Positions 59,700 through 64,000 of a stretch of DNA of 64,000 nucleotides are shown in pieces. Where the stretch lies: positions 3,961,666 to 4,025,665 of the forward strand of contig CP136571.1 in the NCBI GenBank assembly GCA_035192965.1, read 5' to 3'. The notes under the pieces were generated by a model. The model did not search any database, was not told the origin of the DNA, and saw nothing but the letters and a program-made list of their open reading frames with translations. This stretch comes from Fuscovulum sp. (lineage in GTDB: Bacteria > Pseudomonadota > Alphaproteobacteria > Rhodobacterales > Rhodobacteraceae). The translations under genes were made by a program, and so were the position numbers. The stretch's first letter is position 1, and every line of letters begins with the position of its first letter.

Positions 59700-61178
59700 T
59701 TACATGTTGTAGGCGCGCTCGCCGTGCTCGGCGACGTCCAGACCTTCGCGCTCCACTTCCGGCTTCACGCGCAGACCCATGGTCATGTCGATCAGCTTGA
59801 ACAGGATGAACGAACCGATCCCGACGAAGACGATGGTGAAGGCAACGGCCTTGACCTGCGCCATGAACGCCGTGGCGAACACATACTCGGCCACCTGCAG
59901 CGTGCCCGGCTGCGACAGGTAGTCAGGGATACCGGCCCCGCCCAGCGCCGGGTTCACCAGGATACCCGTGCCCAGCGCGCCGATGATGCCGCCCAGACCA
60001 TGGATCCCGAACACATCCAGCGAGTCATCCAGCTGGAACTTGTTCTTGATGAAGCCCACGAAGACAAAGCAGATCACACCGGTCACCAGACCCAGCACGA
60101 TTGCGCCCATCGGGCCTGCAAAGCCTGCCGCCGGCGTCACCGCGACCAGACCGGCCACAACACCCGACACAAGACCCAGAAGCGACGGATGGCCCTTGGT
60201 TGCCCATTCTGCGAACATCCAAGCCACACCGCCCGCAGCAGCCGCCACGAAGGTGTTCACGATGGCCAGCGAGGTGATCGCGTTGGCTTCCAGGTTGGAC
60301 CCGGCGTTAAAGCCGAACCAGCCCACCCACAGCAGCGCGCCACCGATCATGGTCATGGTCAGCGAATGCGGCGCCATCGATTCCTTGCCATAGCCGATCC
60401 GCTTGCCGACAACGATCGCACCCACAAGGGCGGTGATGCCCGAGTTGATGTGAACAACGGTGCCGCCCGCAAAGTCCAGCGCGCCCCAGTTCCAGATCAG
60501 CCCGTTCGCAGCCAGATTGGCGGCGGCAGCTTCCGCAGCGGCAGTGTCACCAGCAGCCTCGGCAATCAGCAACGCGGTCTGCTGTTCGGCTAGGAAGTCC
60601 GGACCACCCCACCACCAGACCATATGGGCCATCGGGAAGTAGATGAAGGTCACCCAAAGCACGGTGAAAACCAGCAGCGACGAGAATTTCACGCGCTCTG
60701 CAAAGGCCCCCACGATCAGCGCCGGCGTGATGCAGGCAAAGGTCATCTGGAAGGCGATGAACGTGTATTCCGGCATCCAGATACCGTTCGAGAATGTCGG
60801 AACCAGCGTCGTGTAATCCACGCCCGCCAGGAACATCTTCGACAGACCGCCAACATAGGTATCCATCGACCCGCCGTATGAGAAGGCCAGCGAATAGCCG
60901 TAGGTCACCCAGATCAGACAGACGATGGCGGTGATCGCAAAGACCTGCGTCAGCACCGAAAGCATGTTCTTGGTGCGCACAAGGCCGCCATAGAACAGCG
61001 CAAGGCCGGGGATCGTCATCAGAAGCACGACGATGGTGGCCACCGACATCCAGGCCACGTCACCCTTGTCCACAACCTTTTCATAGACGTAAGGCGTCAA
61101 TTCCTGCGCCATCGCTGGCAATGCCGACGCCGCCGCGACAAGCGCGGAAAGGCCAGACAGTTTCATCAAACTCTTCAT
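59700..61178 (-). CDS. amtB: Ammonium transporter
   Basis: From ATG 61178: MKSLMKLSGLSALVAAASALPAMA (signal peptide). DFAGGTVVHINSG...LWVGWFGFNAGS. Confidence 0.93.
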   Translation of the reverse strand: MKSLMKLSGLSALVAAASALPAMAQELTPYVYEKVVDKGDVAWMSVATIVVLLMTIPGLALFYGGLVRTKNMLSVLTQVFAITAIVCLIWVTYGYSLAFSYGGSMDTYVGGLSKMFLAGVDYTTLVPTFSNGIWMPEYTFIAFQMTFACITPALIVGAFAERVKFSSLLVFTVLWVTFIYFPMAHMVWWWGGPDFLAEQQTALLIAEAAGDTAAAEAAAANLAANGLIWNWGALDFAGGTVVHINSGITALVGAIVVGKRIGYGKESMAPHSLTMTMIGGALLWVGWFGFNAGSNLEANAITSLAIVNTFVAAAAGGVAWMFAEWATKGHPSLLGLVSGVVAGLVAVTPAAGFAGPMGAIVLGLVTGVICFVFVGFIKNKFQLDDSLDVFGIHGLGGIIGALGTGILVNPALGGAGIPDYLSQPGTLQVAEYVFATAFMAQVKAVAFTIVFVGIGSFILFKLIDMTMGLRVKPEVEREGLDVAEHGERAYNM

Positions 61179-61206
61179 GGTTACGGTTTCCCCTTCCCTG
61201 CGGCTT

Positions 61207-61545
61207 TCAAAGCGCATCGTCATTGGTTTCGCCGGTGCGCACGCGCACGGCCTGCTCGACGTCGACGACAAAGATCTTGCCGTCGCCGATCTTGTCGGTT
61301 TTTGCGGTCACGCGGATGGTCTCCACGACCTGATCTGCCAGGCTGTCGCTGACCACGATCTCAAGCCGGACCTTCGGCACGAAATTCACCGCATACTCAG
61401 CGCCACGATAAATTTCCGTATGCCCGGACTGCGACCCGAAGCCCTTGATCTCGGTGACCATCATGCCTCTTACGCCGATGGTGGTCAGCGCCTCGCGGAC
61501 CTCCTCCAGCTTGAACGGCTTGATCGCTGCAATGATGAGTTTCAC
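61207..61545 (-). CDS. glnK: Nitrogen regulatory protein P-II
   Basis: GTG 61545 behind a GGAAGGGGA Shine-Dalgarno. 112 aa, (M)KLIIAAIKPFKLEEVREALTTIGVRGMMVTEIKGFGSQSGHTEIYRGAEY (T-loop Tyr). Adjacent to amtB. Confidence 0.93.
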   Translation of the reverse strand: MKLIIAAIKPFKLEEVREALTTIGVRGMMVTEIKGFGSQSGHTEIYRGAEYAVNFVPKVRLEIVVSDSLADQVVETIRVTAKTDKIGDGKIFVVDVEQAVRVRTGETNDDAL

Positions 61546-61660
61546 GTCGTTCCCCTTCCATTGGCGGGAGCCCGTCTGGGCCCTCGGGGGCATGAAGACG
61601 GCTCATGCTGCGCTGGCACAAGGCAAGGTGACGGCTCAACAACCCCTGAATCCCGCTAAT

Positions 61661-61710
61661 TTGCACAATTTTTGCACTTTCATGTGCCAATGATTAAAAT
61701 ATGTGCATGT
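61661..61710 (-). promoter_or_regulatory. AT-rich block with repeated TGCAC/GTGCA half-sites upstream of glnK (candidate NtrC-type operator or promoter)
   Basis: ttgcacaatttttgcactttcatgtgccaatgattaaaatatgtgcatgt lies 115-165 nt upstream of glnK, in an otherwise GC-rich divergent intergenic region. Confidence 0.35.
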
Positions 61711-61819
61711 CATGTAAGCGAATCGTTGCCGATACGTAAACGCAATGCCGTCTCCACATTCCCGCAATGGCAGGCTAGATTGGCGGGGAAGCAGCGCGCG
61801 AAAGACGGGCAGAACAGGC

Positions 61820-64000
61820 ATGGCAGTATCGGGCAAGGGGCGCGGGTCGCTCGTGGCGGACAAGCGTTATACACCTGCGCGTCAGGCACCCGCCCGCAGC
61901 AGCGGCGCGGGCAAGGGCGGCACAGGCGGTGGCGGCACCCCGCCGCGCAAACCCACGCGCGGCTCTGGCCGCCCCCCGCGCAAGCGCGGCCCGATCGGCA
62001 CGCTGTTCTTTGGCTTCTTCGGCCTGATCTGGCGCATCATCTGGGGCGTGGGCTGGCGCGTGGGCTTTGTCCTCGGCTCCGTCCTCGCCGCCGCTGTCCT
62101 CTACTTCTTCGCCCAACTTCCCCCCGTCGACCAACTTGTCGATGCCCGCTCGCGCGGGTCGGTCACCTTCCTCGACCGGGAAAACAAGGTCTATGCCTGG
62201 CGCGGCGAAACCTTTGGCGGCATGATCACCGCCGATACCGTCTCGCCCTTCCTCCATGATGCCGTGGTCGCCACCGAAGACCGCCGCTTCTACCGCCATT
62301 TCGGCATCTCGCCGCGCGGCATCGCCTCGGCCATCCGCATCAACCTCGCCGAAGGGCGCGGCCCGCTCGAAGGCAACGGTGGCTCCACCATCACTCAGCA
62401 GGTCGCCAAACTCCTCTGCCTCGGCGTCCCCTATGACCAGTCGCAGTGGAAATCCGAAGCGGATTACGAATCCGACTGCCGCCGTGGCGGCATCTGGCGC
62501 AAGATCAAGGAAGTCCCCTACGCCATCGCGATGGAGGTGAAGTATTCCAAGGAAGAGATTCTGACGATCTACTTCAACCGCGCCTATCTCGGCGCAGGCG
62601 CGCGCGGGTTCGAGGCCGCCGCCCAGCGCTATTTCGGCAAATCCGCGAATGAGGTGTCCGCCGCCGAAGCCGCGATGCTCGCAGGCCTGCTGAAAGCCCC
62701 CTCCTACTTCGCCCCCACCAACAACATGGACCGGGCCCGCGCCCGCGCCAACGTCATCGTCGGGTTGATGGAAGATCAGGGCTACCTCACAGCCGAACAG
62801 GCGGATGAGGCGCGCAACACCCCCGCCCGCCTGTCCGAGGCCGCGGCCTCCCGGTCCGGCGGCTTCTTCGCCGATTGGGTGATGGAAACCGCCCCCGCCT
62901 TCCTGACATCGGAAACCACCGAAGACGTGGTCATCAGCACCACGCTGGACCAGCGCCTTCAGAAAGCCGCCGAAGAGGCGCTCGCCTTCGTCTTTGACAC
63001 AAAGATCAAGCAAGGCTCCAACGCACAGGCCGCCATCGTTGTCATGTCCGCCGATGGGGCCGTCCGCGCCATGGTCGGCGGGCGCAAGATCGAAGCGGCG
63101 GGCAGCTTCAACCGCGCGACGCAGGCCCTGCGCCAGACCGGTTCCACCTTCAAACCCTTTGTCTACGCCGCCGCCCTCGATCTGGGGTGGAGCCCGGCAG
63201 ATTACGTCGAAGACACCCCCCTTACCCTCAACATCCCCGGCTCCGGTCCCTGGACACCGAAGAACTACGACAATGAATTCAAGGGACTGATCACGCTCAC
63301 CCAGGCCCTTGCCGAAAGCCGCAACATCCCCGCCGTCAAGGTGTCCGAGTCCGTCGGTCGCGACCTCGTCCGTGAAGTCGCCGCCAATTTCGGCATCCAA
63401 AGCGACCTCGCCGCAGGGCCCGCCCTCGCCCTAGGGGCCTCAGAATCCACCCTGATCGAAATGACCGGCGCTTTCGCAGGCATCCTGAACGGCGGCTCCT
63501 CCGTCACGCCCTACGGCCTTGTCGAACTCCGCCTTCAGGGCGAAGAGGAACCCCTGATCGGCGCCGCAGGCGGCATCGGTGAACGGGTCATTCAGGAACA
63601 ATCCGCCCGCCTGCTCACCTACATGATGTCTCAGGTCATCGAAACCGGCACCGGCACCCGCGCCCAACTCGACGGCCGCCCCGCCGCAGGCAAGACCGGC
63701 ACCACCCAAGCCGCCCGCGACGCATGGTTCGTGGGCTTCACCGCCGATTACGTGGCGGGCGTCTGGATGGGATATGATGACAACACGCCGCTGACCGGCG
63801 TTACCGGCGGCGGCCTGCCAGCCGAAATCTGGCACGAGGTGATGATGCGCGTCCATGACGGGGTCGAAGTCAAACCCCTTCCCATGGAAATCCCCGAACC
63901 CCGCACCCCGCCGCAGCCAGAGTACGCCCAGCCCTTGCCCGACCAATCCGGCCAAGGCCAGATCCAGCAACAGCCGCAACGCGACCGCTCACAGGAAGAC
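61820..64000 (+). CDS. Class A penicillin-binding protein (PBP1A family; partial, runs off the right edge)
   Basis: My own translation from ATG 61820 gives MAVSGKGRGSLVADKRY, then the TM segment LFFGFFGLIWRIIWGVGW. GT51 motifs EDRRFYRHFG and GGSTITQQVAK are present. Transpeptidase motifs STFK, SRN (ESRNIPAV) and KTGTT are present. It is absent from the track because there is no stop in the window. Confidence 0.9.
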   Translation, partial: MAVSGKGRGSLVADKRYTPARQAPARSSGAGKGGTGGGGTPPRKPTRGSGRPPRKRGPIGTLFFGFFGLIWRIIWGVGWRVGFVLGSVLAAAVLYFFAQLPPVDQLVDARSRGSVTFLDRENKVYAWRGETFGGMITADTVSPFLHDAVVATEDRRFYRHFGISPRGIASAIRINLAEGRGPLEGNGGSTITQQVAKLLCLGVPYDQSQWKSEADYESDCRRGGIWRKIKEVPYAIAMEVKYSKEEILTIYFNRAYLGAGARGFEAAAQRYFGKSANEVSAAEAAMLAGLLKAPSYFAPTNNMDRARARANVIVGLMEDQGYLTAEQADEARNTPARLSEAAASRSGGFFADWVMETAPAFLTSETTEDVVISTTLDQRLQKAAEEALAFVFDTKIKQGSNAQAAIVVMSADGAVRAMVGGRKIEAAGSFNRATQALRQTGSTFKPFVYAAALDLGWSPADYVEDTPLTLNIPGSGPWTPKNYDNEFKGLITLTQALAESRNIPAVKVSESVGRDLVREVAANFGIQSDLAAGPALALGASESTLIEMTGAFAGILNGGSSVTPYGLVELRLQGEEEPLIGAAGGIGERVIQEQSARLLTYMMSQVIETGTGTRAQLDGRPAAGKTGTTQAARDAWFVGFTADYVAGVWMGYDDNTPLTGVTGGGLPAEIWHEVMMRVHDGVEVKPLPMEIPEPRTPPQPEYAQPLPDQSGQGQIQQQPQRDRSQED

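Noticed and set aside
61675-61692. Sigma54 (-24/-12) promoter TGGCAC-N-TGCA on the minus strand upstream of glnK
   Set aside because: The GG and GC dinucleotides are one nucleotide further apart than the strict consensus spacing (TGGCAC-N5-TTGCA). I therefore do not call a sigma54 promoter.

Overview
High-GC (about two-thirds G+C by eye) alphaproteobacterial chromosome, Rhodobacterales-like in gene content; I cannot assign a species. The left 26 kb is the core translation/transcription array, all on the minus strand: tuf(copy 2), tRNA-Trp, secE, nusG, rplK, rplA, rplJ, rplL, rpoB, rpoC, rpsL, rpsG, fusA, tuf(copy 1), rpsJ, rplC, rplD, rplW, rplB. Four non-ribosomal genes interrupt it: a Vat-like acetyltransferase, a 549-565 aa membrane protein, a glycosyltransferase-methyltransferase fusion, and an EamA transporter. 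Strong intrinsic terminators and sigma70-like promoters divide the array into separate units. The right 38 kb is housekeeping: lipoprotein/P450, a DUF898-M48 peptidase pair, parC, SDR, PduO adenosyltransferase, etfBA, hbd, the chvI-chvG-hprK-rapZ-EIIA(Man)-NPr cluster divergent from pckA, an acyl-CoA dehydrogenase, MFS, Slt, dapA, smpB, sseA, an aminotransferase, glnK-amtB and a class A PBP. I found no CRISPR array, transposase, integrase, prophage or recognisable defence system. The most interesting signal not explained by genes is a dispersed family of short palindromic hairpin clusters (TTTCTG-NNN-CAGAAA cores) at four gene 3' ends, with compensatory stem changes between copies. Many long ORFs in the track are antisense artefacts of high GC and were rejected.
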